Source of the DNA: Bacillota bacterium
GTDB lineage: Bacteria > Bacillota > Halanaerobiia > Halanaerobiales > DATFIM01
Length of the DNA stretch: 64,000 nucleotides
Assembly: GCA_051744805.1 (NCBI GenBank)
Contig: JBNJDK010000001.1
Location: 32,572-96,571 of the forward strand
Reading direction: 5' to 3'
The stretch's first letter is position 1; each line of letters begins with the position of its first letter. Below are positions 39,687 through 50,940 of this stretch, piece by piece. Position numbers and translations under genes: made by a program. The notes beneath the pieces are model-generated. The model saw only the letters and a list, made by a program, of their open reading frames with translations. It was not told the origin of the DNA and searched no databases.

Positions 39687-39804
39687 TTTTAGTTATTCCT
39701 CCTTTGAAAATTGTTTTGCATGTTAAGTATTATTTAAATTACTTAAATGATAGCCTTTATACTTTTAATATTCTTTATATTTAAAAAAAATCCTGCAAAT
39801 TTAA

Positions 39805-40539
39805 TCAATTCTTCAAGTTCTGTAATTTTTTTAGCTCTTTAGTAGTAAGTTTCCTATAATCTCCAGGCTCCAACCCTTTTAAATTAAGGTTTGCAAATTT
39901 TGTTCTTTCAAGATTTTTTACAGGATTAGATATTTTTTTACACATTCTTCTAACCTGTCTATTCCTACCTTCATGTATAGTTAATGTAAATTTCGTAGTA
40001 AATGAATCTCTATCTTTTAATTCTATTCTGCCAGGTGCAGTCATTCCATCTGATAATTTTATTCCCTTTTCTAATTTTTCCAATTTATTATCATCAACAT
40101 ATCCTTTGGCTTCTACCAAATATGTTTTTTCAATTTCATATGAAGGATGAGTTAAAACATAAGTCAATTCACCATCATTAGTTAATAACAAAAGCCCACT
40201 GGTATTATAATCCAGCCTACCTACTGGATAAATACGTTGCTTAACATCATCAATAAGGTCAAGAACTGTTTTGCGTCCACGTGGATCATCAACTGTAGTT
40301 ACATAACCTAAAGGTTTATAAAGAAGTATATAAACTTTTTTTTCCTTACTAATAATATTACCATCAACTTCTATTTCATCAACCACTGGTTCTACCTTGA
40401 CACCCATTTCAGTTACAATTTCACCATTAACTTTAACTCTTCCCTGTTTAATAATTTCCTCTGATTTCCTTCTTGATGCCACACCGGCATGAGCCATTAC
40501 TTTTTGCAATCTATCTTTTGCCAAATTAGTACCCTCCAT
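39805..40539 (-). CDS. rluB: Pseudouridine synthase, RluB/RsuA family
   Basis: 244 aa with an S4 domain (RLQKVMAHAGVASRRKSE) and the catalytic GRLDYNTSGLLLLTNDG. Confidence 0.9.
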   Translation of the reverse strand: MEGTNLAKDRLQKVMAHAGVASRRKSEEIIKQGRVKVNGEIVTEMGVKVEPVVDEIEVDGNIISKEKKVYILLYKPLGYVTTVDDPRGRKTVLDLIDDVKQRIYPVGRLDYNTSGLLLLTNDGELTYVLTHPSYEIEKTYLVEAKGYVDDNKLEKLEKGIKLSDGMTAPGRIELKDRDSFTTKFTLTIHEGRNRQVRRMCKKISNPVKNLERTKFANLNLKGLEPGDYRKLTTKELKKLQNLKN

Positions 40540-40569
40540 ATTATCAATTAATTATTTCATTTGTCACTT

Positions 40570-41094
40570 TTAGTTATAATTTTTTTTATTATCCTCTAGT
40601 GGAGGTAATTCTGAAAGGTCTGCTATATCAAAGTGTTCCAAAAATTTATCGGTTGTTCCATAAAGAATCGGATTCCCAATACTATCTTTTCTACCAAGCT
40701 CTTTAATTAAATCATATTTACTTAAAGTAAGTAAAGTTTTTTCAGCTTTAACACCTCTTATTTCCTCTATTTCTGATCTGGTTACAGGTTGTTTATATGC
40801 AATAATTGATAGAGTTTCCAGGGCCGCACTACTTAACTTTACTTCTCTTTCCTTTTCATAATATTTACTAATAAATGATGCCATTTGACTCTTAGTTTTA
40901 AATATATATTTATCATCATATTCTTTCAATATTATTCCATGTTCATTTTTACTATATTTTTCTCTTAGTTTTTTTAAGCATTTTCTACATTTCCTTTTGT
41001 TCATATCTACAGCATTTGAAATATCTTTAAGAGGTATAGGCTCTTCAGCAGCAAAAATAAATGCTTCAACTCTGGCTAAATCTTTTTTTTCCAT
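40570..41094 (-). CDS. scpB: Segregation and condensation protein B
   Basis: 174 aa with LSSAALETLSIIAYKQPVTRSEIEEIRGV. Confidence 0.93.
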   Translation of the reverse strand: MEKKDLARVEAFIFAAEEPIPLKDISNAVDMNKRKCRKCLKKLREKYSKNEHGIILKEYDDKYIFKTKSQMASFISKYYEKEREVKLSSAALETLSIIAYKQPVTRSEIEEIRGVKAEKTLLTLSKYDLIKELGRKDSIGNPILYGTTDKFLEHFDIADLSELPPLEDNKKNYN

Positions 41095-41831
41095 TAAACC
41101 ACCTGCTTCCTATCAACTATTTTCATTTCTGAAAATAGTTTTTCTTGAAATATTTCAACTTCCCTTAAACGAACAAGTTCAAGAAGGCTTAATAAAGTAA
41201 CCACTATTTCCAGGATATCATCATTATTATATAAAAGATCTCTAAATTTTACTCCTTCAGGATTTTCTTTAATTATATTTGTAATATCCTCTCTTTTTTC
41301 TTCTACATTTAATCGATCTGAATTTATGTGATCCATTTCAGAATAATGAGGATCTTCTTTTTCTTCCTCTTCCTCCTTATATGCTTCTAAAGCTGTTTTA
41401 TAAAGATTTTTAAATTCATCTAAAGAAATATCAATATTTAATTTACCTTCACCTTTTATTAATTCTCGCTCTGGAGGAAGTCGATAAGTACGAGCTGCTT
41501 TATCTAGATATAATTCAAGTTCTACAGCTATATTTTTAAAAAGTTCATATTCTTCTAAACGCTGAACTAAATTAGATTCATCTTCTTCATCTTCTTCATC
41601 CTGATCTGGGAGAAGAAGTCGAGCTTTTATTTCCAAAAGTTCACTTGCTAAAACCATAAATTCACTAGCCTGGTCTAGATTAAATTTCTCTATTTTTTTT
41701 ATATGATATAGATATTCTTCAGTAATTTTAGCCAGTGAAATTTCACTTATTTCAATTTGATTTTTTTTAACTAATTTATATAACAAATCAAGAGGTCCTT
41801 GAAAATCACCAGCCTGTATTTCATATTCCAT
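41094..41831 (-). CDS. scpA: Segregation and condensation protein A
   Basis: 245 aa with FQGPLDLLYKLVKKNQIEISEISLAKIT. Confidence 0.93.
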   Translation of the reverse strand: MEYEIQAGDFQGPLDLLYKLVKKNQIEISEISLAKITEEYLYHIKKIEKFNLDQASEFMVLASELLEIKARLLLPDQDEEDEEDESNLVQRLEEYELFKNIAVELELYLDKAARTYRLPPERELIKGEGKLNIDISLDEFKNLYKTALEAYKEEEEEKEDPHYSEMDHINSDRLNVEEKREDITNIIKENPEGVKFRDLLYNNDDILEIVVTLLSLLELVRLREVEIFQEKLFSEMKIVDRKQVV

Positions 41832-41845
41832 ATAATTCTCTCCTT

Positions 41846-42478
41846 TTAATAAACAAGTATCTGAAGTAAAAAGTTAATAATAGGACCAATTACTTTCCAA
41901 ATTATTCCTGTGTATAAAAGAATAATTAATACTACCATTCCAGCTGGACCTTCTAATTTATAAAAATACTGGTCAAATTTAGCTGGTAAAAATCCTCTAA
42001 GAATTTTAGACCCATCTAAAGGCGGAATCGGAATCAAATTAAAAAAAGCCAGGCTTAAATTAATCATTATAGCCATTACTAAAAATTGTAATAATAAGTT
42101 AACAAAATTCCCACTATAACCTCTTAATGAATATTGACTAAAATTTAAAATTAATTTGATAGAAGCAGAAAAAACTAGAGCAAGCATAAAATTTGCCCCT
42201 GGACCTGCTATCCCAACAATCATCATTCCTTTCCGAGGATTTTTATAGTAATTAGGATTTATTGGCACAGGTTTGGCCCAGCCAAATCTTCTAGTTAATA
42301 GTAAAACAAGACTACCAATTGGATCTAAATGAGCTAATGGATTCAAAGTTAATCTTCCATTAATTTTGGGAGTTGGATCCCCTAATTTATAAGAAGCATA
42401 ACCATGTAAAAATTCATGAAAAGATAATGAAATTAATAATATTGGTATTAAAAAAATTAATTGTTGTATTATCTGCAA
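41846..42478 (-). CDS. Site-2 protease family (peptidase M50) membrane protein
   Basis: 210 aa with the HEFLHG zinc motif and multiple TM helices. Confidence 0.85.
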   Translation of the reverse strand: MQIIQQLIFLIPILLISLSFHEFLHGYASYKLGDPTPKINGRLTLNPLAHLDPIGSLVLLLTRRFGWAKPVPINPNYYKNPRKGMMIVGIAGPGANFMLALVFSASIKLILNFSQYSLRGYSGNFVNLLLQFLVMAIMINLSLAFFNLIPIPPLDGSKILRGFLPAKFDQYFYKLEGPAGMVVLIILLYTGIIWKVIGPIINFLLQILVY

Positions 42479-42487
42479 TTTATTTTA

Positions 42488-45082
42488 TCACTCCAGTCTT
42501 TTTTTTATTAATTTACGTACAAAATCTCTTTCTTCTTGTTCAGTTTCAAGTTTTTTGTTCAATTTCTTTTTCCACACTTTTTGCAGTATTTCTTTGATCT
42601 CCGGGCCAGGTTCAACACCTAATTCAATTAAATCATGGCCATCAATGTTTATTGTTACATCTCTCAGTTCTTCATAATATAATTCCACATTTTCTTTTAG
42701 TTTTTTATTATCACTAACTGCCAGAACATAAAATAATTCTTCTTTATTTAAATTTCCAATTATTTTAGTTAATTCAACTTTATTTAAATCATTAGTTAAT
42801 TTATTAACTATTTTTTCAACATCAACATTAAAAAGTTTTCTTTCTTTTGCATTTAAATTTAACTCTTTATAATTTTCTTCAGGAATATCATTGAAAAATA
42901 TTGCCATAAATAATAGACTTTTGTTAATATTAAAACCAAGTTTACTAAATTTATTTATATTTTCTTTTAATCTCAAAAACTCTTTTCTATATTTTTCTTT
43001 AAACTCAAAATCAATATAAATTAATTTAAATATAGGAAACTCCTCTATGAGTTTTAAAGTTTTTTCTTCAAATCTTCCATTAAAGAAAATTTTCATTTCC
43101 TTAAAAACTCTAGCATGAGACAATTCACTAAAATCACCTAATTTTAAAGCTTCTTTAATCAATTTTTTAGTTTCTTTTTCAAAATTAAAATCAAGATCAA
43201 GAGCCAGTCTTACTCCTCTAATAATTCTAGTTGGATCATCTAAAAAACTAAAGCGGTGCAGTGCTCTAAGTTGTCTTTTCTTTAAATCTTCCCTTGCATT
43301 GAAAAAATCATATAATTTACCCCAATCATCTGGATTTAAAGAAAGAGCAAGAGCATTTATTGTATAATCTCTTCTAAATAAATCTTCCAAAATATTAGTT
43401 TTTTCAACTCTAGGTAAAGCACCCGATTGCAAATATTCTTCCTTTCGACTTGTAGCAAAATCAATACTGTATTTTGAATTTAAATTAATAGTTGCAGTAC
43501 CAAATTGTTCATTATAATTAATTTTTGCCTCAATTTCATTAGTAAAATGATCTAAAAAATTCTTTAAATTACCCTCAAGTACCAGGTCAAGATCATAATT
43601 TTCTCTATCCAACATTAAATCTCTTATCATACCACCAATCAAAAATAATTTACTATTTTCTTTTTCAGCTATTTGGCCAGCTATTTTTAATAAATTTAAT
43701 ACTTTTTCAGGAAAATAATCTAATTTATCTTTAATCTCAATTACTTTTCTTTCTATACTAACCAAACTACTACCATAACGGTTTTGATATTGGTGAGGAG
43801 TTTCATGATCAAAATAAGATCCTAAAATATCACTTCTAGTTACAATACCTACTAGTTTTTTATCTTTTATAACAGGTAATCTACCTATATTATATTTAAC
43901 CATCAATTCTTGAGCTTTTTCAATTGGCTCATCATGATTAACAGTAATAACATTTTTAGACATATAACCTTTCACAGGAGCATGCATCAAATTATGACCT
44001 TTTACTTTATCTAAGTCTCTTCTGGAAAAAATTCCACCTATTTTATCTCCATCACAAACAACAGCTCCATTATGTCCATACTTTTCCAAGAAATTTTCCG
44101 CTTCTTCTATAGTAGTCTCAGGAGATATTGTTCTGACTGGAGTAGACATAATAGAACTTACTCTTTCAAGTGGTTCAACATTATTATCGATAATATCTTT
44201 TAGTTTATCTTTAACTTCTAAAAGATTTTTTCTTAATTGAGCGGCACCAGCTCCTTTATGACCACCACCACCCATCAATTCACATATTTTTCCAACATTA
44301 ACTGCATCATCATTACTTCTTCCTATCAATTCAACCTTTTTACCCATTTTTACTATCACAAAAACAGATTTCAAATTATAAATATCTTTAAGTTTCTCAG
44401 TAATATTATTTAAACCAGTAACATAATTTGACTGTTCATGAAAAAATATATTAATTTGTATACCATCTATTTCTAATGTTTCTCTATTTTCTAGCAAATT
44501 ATCCAAAATCTTTTGTTGTTCTGCATTTAAAGCTTCTTCTAAAAATTGTCTTATTATTTCCAAATTAGCACCAAATTCTAATAAATAAGAAACAGCTTTA
44601 ACATCTTTAGCCCTGGTCATATCATAAGTTAGTGATCCTGTATCAGAATAAATACCCAGAGCACAAATTGTTGCCTCAAGAGGATTTAATTCTATTTTTT
44701 TTTCTATTATTTTTTCTATCAAAATAGTAACAGAAGCACCAACTTCCTGACTATAATCAAAATTAATCCAGTCTTTTTGTTTATGAGGATGATGATCATA
44801 AACAATAACTTCAATTTCATTTAAATCTAATTTTTTATTTAGTTCACCTAAAGCAGATTGATCTGCAGTATCAACTATTATCAATTTGTTTACATTTTTT
44901 AAATCTATATCACTTAGATAAAAAATCTCTACCTCATCCTTATATAAAGCCATAAAATCTTTGACTGGATCCTGAAGCCTACCTGGAAAAACAGCTTTTG
45001 CTTCTGGATATAATTTTTTGGCAGCTATCATAGCTGCCAGTCCATCAAAATCTGTATGTTGATGTCCAACTATTATTTCCAC
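42488..45082 (-). CDS. DHH/DHHA1 - CBS pair - poly(A) polymerase/CCA-adding nucleotidyltransferase fusion protein
   Basis: 864 aa. It has HQHTDFDG and DHH (YDHHPH), then GGGGHKGAG (DHHA1), two CBS repeats, and finally GGMIRDLML..DLDLV plus the RRDYTINA head domain. Confidence 0.85.
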   Translation of the reverse strand: MEIIVGHQHTDFDGLAAMIAAKKLYPEAKAVFPGRLQDPVKDFMALYKDEVEIFYLSDIDLKNVNKLIIVDTADQSALGELNKKLDLNEIEVIVYDHHPHKQKDWINFDYSQEVGASVTILIEKIIEKKIELNPLEATICALGIYSDTGSLTYDMTRAKDVKAVSYLLEFGANLEIIRQFLEEALNAEQQKILDNLLENRETLEIDGIQINIFFHEQSNYVTGLNNITEKLKDIYNLKSVFVIVKMGKKVELIGRSNDDAVNVGKICELMGGGGHKGAGAAQLRKNLLEVKDKLKDIIDNNVEPLERVSSIMSTPVRTISPETTIEEAENFLEKYGHNGAVVCDGDKIGGIFSRRDLDKVKGHNLMHAPVKGYMSKNVITVNHDEPIEKAQELMVKYNIGRLPVIKDKKLVGIVTRSDILGSYFDHETPHQYQNRYGSSLVSIERKVIEIKDKLDYFPEKVLNLLKIAGQIAEKENSKLFLIGGMIRDLMLDRENYDLDLVLEGNLKNFLDHFTNEIEAKINYNEQFGTATINLNSKYSIDFATSRKEEYLQSGALPRVEKTNILEDLFRRDYTINALALSLNPDDWGKLYDFFNAREDLKKRQLRALHRFSFLDDPTRIIRGVRLALDLDFNFEKETKKLIKEALKLGDFSELSHARVFKEMKIFFNGRFEEKTLKLIEEFPIFKLIYIDFEFKEKYRKEFLRLKENINKFSKLGFNINKSLLFMAIFFNDIPEENYKELNLNAKERKLFNVDVEKIVNKLTNDLNKVELTKIIGNLNKEELFYVLAVSDNKKLKENVELYYEELRDVTINIDGHDLIELGVEPGPEIKEILQKVWKKKLNKKLETEQEERDFVRKLIKKRLE

Positions 45083-46026
45083 TTTTCTACCTCCATATTA
45101 TTTTCCTTTATATCTTCAGCAATTTTTTTTATTCTTCTTAATCTATGATTAACTCCAGACTTTGAAATACCAATCATCTCTCCCAGTTCTTTTAAACTTG
45201 CATAAGGATTTTCTCTTCTTAAATCAGCAATTTCCTGTAGACTTCTGCTTATCTTACTTAAACCTATTGTCCTATTTATAAATTCAATGTTTTCTAGTTG
45301 TTTTTGAGCAGCTATTGCTGTTCTGCTTAAATTAGCTGTTTCAAGATTAACTTTACGATTCACTTCATTTTTCACTTCTTTTAAAATTCTAGTATTTTCA
45401 ATTTTTAATTGTGTGCTTTTAGCACCAATTAAATTCAAAATTTTTATTATATCCCCAGCCTTTTTTACATAAAGAGAGTAATTATCATTTCTTTTTCTTA
45501 TTTTAATATTAATATCTATTTTATCAAATAATTTTTTTAGTTCATCTGCATAATCTTCATATTTAACAAAAAATTCTAAATGATATTCACTATTAGGGTC
45601 TGCCAACATTCCAGTGGCTAAAAAAAGACCTTTAAGATAAGCTTTTCGGCAACTTTGTTTTTCTAAAAATTCTCTCTTAATATTATGAGTAAAACTGAAA
45701 TTTTCATTTATAAGACCTATTTCTATAAGTAAATCTTTAATACCTTTCTGAGGAGGAATATTTATTATATAATAATTACCTTTATCAAAACTGCTTTTTT
45801 TACCAACCCTTATCTCAGTTTCAAAATTATATTTTTCTTTAAGTAATTTATATAATTCACGAGCAACAACTGCTTTTTGGCTTACCATCTTTAAACCAGT
45901 TTTATTGTTTGCAATTTGCAAACTTCCTTCTACTTTTATAATAGCAGCTAATTCAGCTAAATGACAATTATCTTCAGAACCATTTTCTCTTGTAATTTCA
46001 TTTCTTACTTGATCTGAAAAAGACAT
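45073..46026 (-). CDS. whiA: DNA-binding protein WhiA
   Basis: 317 aa with MSFSDQVRNEI, LAGLIDADG-like repeats and a C-terminal HTH (SKSGVNHRLRRI). Confidence 0.93.
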   Translation of the reverse strand: MSFSDQVRNEITRENGSEDNCHLAELAAIIKVEGSLQIANNKTGLKMVSQKAVVARELYKLLKEKYNFETEIRVGKKSSFDKGNYYIINIPPQKGIKDLLIEIGLINENFSFTHNIKREFLEKQSCRKAYLKGLFLATGMLADPNSEYHLEFFVKYEDYADELKKLFDKIDINIKIRKRNDNYSLYVKKAGDIIKILNLIGAKSTQLKIENTRILKEVKNEVNRKVNLETANLSRTAIAAQKQLENIEFINRTIGLSKISRSLQEIADLRRENPYASLKELGEMIGISKSGVNHRLRRIKKIAEDIKENNMEVEKWK

Positions 46027-46097
46027 ATATAACCCTTTCTATTTTAAATTTATTCCTGTTTAAATTTTAACACAATAATGGGTTATAATCAAAAAAT

Positions 46098-46132
46098 AAA
46101 ACAGTCTCAATGAAATATTACTGGACTGTTTT
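46098..46132 (-). terminator. Hairpin plus U-tract after the NAPRT-like gene
   Basis: AAAACAGTC...GACTGTTTT is a 9-bp stem with a long 17-nt loop, followed on the minus strand by ATTTTTT. Confidence 0.5.
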
Positions 46133-46168
46133 ATAAGCTAATATATAAAAAATTTTTTTACTTATTCT

Positions 46169-47482
46169 TTAAGTTACTTTAACTAACTTGTCATTATCAC
46201 AGGACTTTCTTCCAACTTTACTCATATCTATCCACTTACCATCTTTTTTCACTCTAACTACATCAGCAGTAAAATCTGTATTAGTTCCTTCCTCTGAACT
46301 ATTAGACAATAACCAGCTTCCTATACCATATATATCTACAGGAACTTGAGACTTTTCAAATTTTTTTATTTTTTCTGGATTAAAACCACCAGTCGCAATA
46401 ATTTTGACATCTTCACAATAATTTTTAGCTCTTTTCCTTATTTCTCCTCTCAAATTCCACTCCTTATAAGCATTATCAATAGCTTTACGTAATTTGAAAA
46501 TCAATCGAGCATTTACTCCATTATCCAATGACTTATCACCTAATGGTTCTACACTAACATCTCTTAAACTGGAAGAAGTATCTGGTCTAACCCCAAAAAG
46601 TTTATATTTTTTTGCCTTATCTTTATTTCCTTTTTCAAGATAATTATTATATTTTTCAAACATTAATTTCAATACTTTTTTACTTGTTCCAATACAGTCA
46701 TTATCAAAATCTACTAAAGCAATTCTATTAACATCAAGAGGCATTAATCTTGAAAACTGTAACATTCCTTCTGCAGTATCTCCATGAAAGGTAGCTATAT
46801 AAGAATGGCTAATAGTTCCCCCACCTTTACCACCCCACCAGGCACCCTGTCCATCAGTTGAAACAAGTCTAAGACTATTTTTACCATAATCTTTATTATA
46901 TGCCTTTACCCCAAGAGAATAAGCATATCCATGAAGAGCCTGAAGTTTATAGTGAGCAAATCTTGCAGGAAAAAACAAAATATCCTTTCCCCGAGCAGCT
47001 TCCAAAACTTTATAAACATTAGTAGCTATTCTTGAAGCTTCAGTCAGGGATCCAACCATAGGCGTTTCTAAAATTGAAAAATCTCTATATCTTCCTCTGA
47101 TTTTAATTATAGGATCCACATTTTTAGGATTGCCATTATAATAACCTTTTACTCCATCATGACAAGCCTCAACCTCAAGATCAGAAAAAGTATTTATAAA
47201 TTTTCCCTCTTCATTCCAATACCCAGTAGCAGTTTTTAATAAAGCCAGAGATTCATCTATTCCCCCCACTATAGAAAAAGGGGTACGCCGTGGAAAAATT
47301 TGCATCTCAACTTCTATATTTCCAATATCCTCATCATTATAAGTATAACCTTCATTAGATAATTGATTTAAAATTTTACTTATGTTTCTGAAATATACAT
47401 CTGAATACCAACCATTTACCATTCTTTCTTTATCTATCTGGAAGGTATCTATTGATAATCTTTCTTTATTGAATACTGACAT
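46169..47482 (-). CDS. Nicotinate phosphoribosyltransferase-family protein
   Basis: 437 aa with the general type II PRTase/NAPRT family pattern (YSDVYF..., SHSYIA, GVRPDTSS). The subfamily is not resolved. Confidence 0.65.
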   Translation of the reverse strand: MSVFNKERLSIDTFQIDKERMVNGWYSDVYFRNISKILNQLSNEGYTYNDEDIGNIEVEMQIFPRRTPFSIVGGIDESLALLKTATGYWNEEGKFINTFSDLEVEACHDGVKGYYNGNPKNVDPIIKIRGRYRDFSILETPMVGSLTEASRIATNVYKVLEAARGKDILFFPARFAHYKLQALHGYAYSLGVKAYNKDYGKNSLRLVSTDGQGAWWGGKGGGTISHSYIATFHGDTAEGMLQFSRLMPLDVNRIALVDFDNDCIGTSKKVLKLMFEKYNNYLEKGNKDKAKKYKLFGVRPDTSSSLRDVSVEPLGDKSLDNGVNARLIFKLRKAIDNAYKEWNLRGEIRKRAKNYCEDVKIIATGGFNPEKIKKFEKSQVPVDIYGIGSWLLSNSSEEGTNTDFTADVVRVKKDGKWIDMSKVGRKSCDNDKLVKVT

Positions 47483-47503
47483 TATTTCACCCCTAATATT
47501 AAT

Positions 47504-47537
47504 CCCCTTCCAAATAATTCTTAAACCTTGGAAGGGG
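47504..47537 (-). terminator. Hairpin after pdp
   Basis: CCCCTTCCAA-14 nt-TTGGAAGGGG is a perfect 10-bp stem with a weak U tract. Confidence 0.5.
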
Positions 47538-47545
47538 TAAAACTA

Positions 47546-48850
47546 TTATCGAATTATATTATAGATTAACTTTCTTTTTTTAGGTTTATTTTCGGAAATA
47601 TTAAATGAGTTTAAAATTTTAGTAATTGCCTTATCTTTTTGTTTTGAATTTTCTAAATGTAAATAAGCTAAAGTCTCATCTTTTTTAACATATTCACCAT
47701 ATTTTTTGTTCAATACAACTCCAACAGCATGATTAATTTTATCTTCTTTTGTTTCTCGTCCAGCTCCAATTTCCATTGCAGTAATTCCTATTTCTAAAGC
47801 ATTTATTTCATTTATATATCCTTCTATAGGGCTTTTTACTTCAATGACTTCATTAGCTTGAGGTAATAAATCATAATTGTCTACAACTTCAGAGTTGCCT
47901 CCCTGGCCTGAAACAAATTCTCTAAACTTATCTAAAGCTTTTCCTGAATCAAGTAAATCTTCTAATAAATAATAGCCTTCATCATAATTTTCAACTTTAT
48001 TAGCATTTAAAAGCATATTAGCTCCAAGTGTTAAACATAATTTTCTCAAATCAGAAGGTCCATCACCTTTTAAAGTTTCAATAGCTTCCTTAACTTCGAG
48101 GCTATTTCCAATTGCTTTACCTAATGGTTGATTCATATCAGTTATAACTGCAGTAGTAACTCTACCTACTTCTTTACCAATGTCAACCATACTTTTAGCC
48201 AGTTTTTCTGACTGTTTATAATCTTTCATAAAAGCCCCATTTCCAGTTTTAACATCAAGCACAATTCCATCTGCTCCTCCTGCTATTTTTTTACTCATAA
48301 TACTACTTGCTATAAGAGGTATTGAATCTACAGTTGCAGTAACATCACGCAAAGAATACAATTTTTTATCAGCAGGAGTTAAATTACCAGTCTGCCCAAC
48401 TACAGCAACACCTTTTTCATTAACTTCTTTAATAAACTCTTCTCTAGATAAATTAACATTAAAACCGGGTATAGATTCTAATTTATCGATAGTACCACCA
48501 GTATGTCCTAAACCTCTACCTGACATTTTAGCAACCGGAAGACCGGCAGCAGCTACTAATGGAGCCAAAACTAAAGTTGTAGTATCACCAACTCCACCAG
48601 TACTATGTTTATCAACCTTAAAACCTTTAATTTTACTTAAATCAATCATATCACCTGATTCAGCCATAGCAGTAGTTAAATGGGCTGTTTCTACAGCTGT
48701 CATCCCCTGAAAAAAAACAGCCATGGCCCAGGCAGATAGTTGGTAATCAGGTATTTCTCCTTTAGTATAACCTTCTATTAAATAATCTATCTCTTCTCTT
48801 GTATGTTCTTTACCCTCTCTTTTATTTAAAATAATATCATAAGGTCTCAT
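47546..48850 (-). CDS. pdp: Pyrimidine-nucleoside phosphorylase
   Basis: 434 aa with [27 protein letters not shown] and SIMSKK. Confidence 0.95.
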   Translation of the reverse strand: MRPYDIILNKREGKEHTREEIDYLIEGYTKGEIPDYQLSAWAMAVFFQGMTAVETAHLTTAMAESGDMIDLSKIKGFKVDKHSTGGVGDTTTLVLAPLVAAAGLPVAKMSGRGLGHTGGTIDKLESIPGFNVNLSREEFIKEVNEKGVAVVGQTGNLTPADKKLYSLRDVTATVDSIPLIASSIMSKKIAGGADGIVLDVKTGNGAFMKDYKQSEKLAKSMVDIGKEVGRVTTAVITDMNQPLGKAIGNSLEVKEAIETLKGDGPSDLRKLCLTLGANMLLNANKVENYDEGYYLLEDLLDSGKALDKFREFVSGQGGNSEVVDNYDLLPQANEVIEVKSPIEGYINEINALEIGITAMEIGAGRETKEDKINHAVGVVLNKKYGEYVKKDETLAYLHLENSKQKDKAITKILNSFNISENKPKKRKLIYNIIR

Positions 48851-48893
48851 AACTGATACCCCTCTTTAAAAATTTTGTTTTTATAATTAATAA

Positions 48894-49709
48894 CTAATTA
48901 AATTTTTTCAAAATTGTTCGAACTAACTTTTTGAATTCTGGTTTTACCTTTTCAGTTATCTCTATTACTTCTTCATGATTTAATGGTTGTGGAAGAATAC
49001 CTGCCGCCATATTTGTTATACAGGATATTCCTAAAACATCAATATTCATATGATTTGCAACTATCACTTCAGGAACAGTAGACATACCAACAGCATCTGC
49101 ACCATCTTTTCTAAGTTTTCTAATTTCAGTTGGAGTTTCAAAACTAGGGCCAGACATACCAGCATAAACTCCATTTCTAACAACTAATGATTCTTCTCTA
49201 GCAGTTTTTTCAGCAACTTTTCTTAAATTTTTATCATAGGCTTCAGACATATCCGGAAAACGAGGTCCAAATTCTTTATAATTTTCTCCAATTAACGGAT
49301 TATCTCCCATTAAATTTATATGATCAGTGATTATCATAAAATCTCCAGGATTAAAATTACGATTAATTCCGCCAGCAGCATTAGTAACAATCATTTTATC
49401 TATTCCTAACAATTTCATCACTCTAACAGGCATAGTTATTTCTTGCATACTATATCCTTCATAATAATGAAATCTACCCTGCATAGCAACTACATTCTTA
49501 CCTTCCAATTTACCTAAAACAAGTTTTCCGGCATGACCCTCTACAGTTGAAACAGGAAATTCAGGTATATCTTCATAATCAATTTCAACTTTATTCTTTA
49601 TATCTTCAGCTAAAACTCCGAGTCCTGAGCCAAGTATTAATCCCATCTCAGGTTTTATATCTGTTTTATCACCAATATAATTTGCAGCTTTTTTAATTTT
49701 ATTCAACAT
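48894..49709 (-). CDS. punA: Purine nucleoside phosphorylase (PunA type)
   Basis: 271 aa with LGSGLG, GRFHYYEG, VTNAAGG and GMSTVPE. Confidence 0.93.
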   Translation of the reverse strand: MLNKIKKAANYIGDKTDIKPEMGLILGSGLGVLAEDIKNKVEIDYEDIPEFPVSTVEGHAGKLVLGKLEGKNVVAMQGRFHYYEGYSMQEITMPVRVMKLLGIDKMIVTNAAGGINRNFNPGDFMIITDHINLMGDNPLIGENYKEFGPRFPDMSEAYDKNLRKVAEKTAREESLVVRNGVYAGMSGPSFETPTEIRKLRKDGADAVGMSTVPEVIVANHMNIDVLGISCITNMAAGILPQPLNHEEVIEITEKVKPEFKKLVRTILKKFN

Positions 49710-50897
49710 CTAGAAATCCTCCTTTAAAATTAAGTTTTTAAAGTCTACTCCATCCTTTGTTTTTTCTACAGAAAGCATTTCAGCAATGGTTGCAGCCAAA
49801 TCTGCAAAACTGTTTCTTGTCTTAATATTATTATCCTCTTTTATGTTATTTCCATATACCAATAAAGGAACGTACTCTCTAGTATGATCTGTACCTTCAT
49901 AAGTTGGGTCACAACCATGATCTGCTGTTATGAATAAAACATCATCATCATTTAATTTCTTTTTTATTTCTGGTAATCTTTTATCGAAATCTTCTAAAGC
50001 CTGAGCATATCCTTCAACATCTCTTCTATGCCCATAAATCATATCATATTCAACTAAATTAGCAAAAATTAATCCTTCCTTATTTTCTTCCATAAAGTTA
50101 AGGACTGCATTAACACTGTCCATATTATCTATGGTATGATTGGATGCAGTTATACCTCTATTGGCAAAAATATCATCTATTTTCCCAACTGCCATTACTT
50201 CTTTACCAGCAGCCTTTATATTATCTAAAAGTGTATTTTGGGGAGGTTTTAATGAAAAATCTTTACGCCTTTCAGTTCTCTCAAGTTTTCCAGGTTCTCC
50301 AACAAAAGGACGAGCTATGACCCTTCCTACCCCATGTTCCCCGGTTAAAATTTTTCTTGCTTTCCGACACATTTCATATAAATCTTCCACAGGGATTACA
50401 TCTTCGTGAGCAGCTATTTGAAAAACGCTATCTGCAGAAGTATAAACTATAGGATTTCCAGTTTCCAGATGTTTATCAATTAATTCTTCAATAATTACAG
50501 TTCCTGAAGCAGGTTTGTTACCTAAAACTTCACTCCCAATCTTTTTTTCAAACTCATCAATAATTTCATCAGGAAAGCCGTTTGGATAAGTAGGAAAAGG
50601 ATTTTTAGAAATTAAACCAGCTAATTCCCAGTGACCAGTTGTAGTATCTTTTCCTGCTGAGGCTTCAGCCATTTTACCATATGATCCATCAGCTTTAATA
50701 TTAGAATCTAACCCAACAATATCTTTTATTTTACCTAAACCCATTTTTTCTAAATTGGGTAAATCCAAGCCATTTAATTCTTTTGCCATATTCCCTAAAG
50801 TATCGGCTCCCAAATCACCATATTCGCCAGCATCAGGAAGTTCACCAATACCAACACTATCAAGAACAACTATTATAGCTCTATTTATATTTTTCAA
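49710..50897 (-). CDS. deoB: Phosphopentomutase
   Basis: 395 aa with [16 protein letters not shown] and [12 protein letters not shown] start after GGAGGG. Confidence 0.95.
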   Translation of the reverse strand: MKNINRAIIVVLDSVGIGELPDAGEYGDLGADTLGNMAKELNGLDLPNLEKMGLGKIKDIVGLDSNIKADGSYGKMAEASAGKDTTTGHWELAGLISKNPFPTYPNGFPDEIIDEFEKKIGSEVLGNKPASGTVIIEELIDKHLETGNPIVYTSADSVFQIAAHEDVIPVEDLYEMCRKARKILTGEHGVGRVIARPFVGEPGKLERTERRKDFSLKPPQNTLLDNIKAAGKEVMAVGKIDDIFANRGITASNHTIDNMDSVNAVLNFMEENKEGLIFANLVEYDMIYGHRRDVEGYAQALEDFDKRLPEIKKKLNDDDVLFITADHGCDPTYEGTDHTREYVPLLVYGNNIKEDNNIKTRNSFADLAATIAEMLSVEKTKDGVDFKNLILKEDF

Positions 50898-50931
50898 AGT
50901 ATTCCCTCCTCTTAAATTTATATATATATTT

Positions 50932-50940
50932 ATTATAACA
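50932..50940 (-). promoter_or_regulatory. Extended -10 element (TGTTATAAT) upstream of deoB
   Basis: The minus strand reads TGTTATAAT about 35 nt upstream of the TTG start. No convincing -35 is present. Confidence 0.35.
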
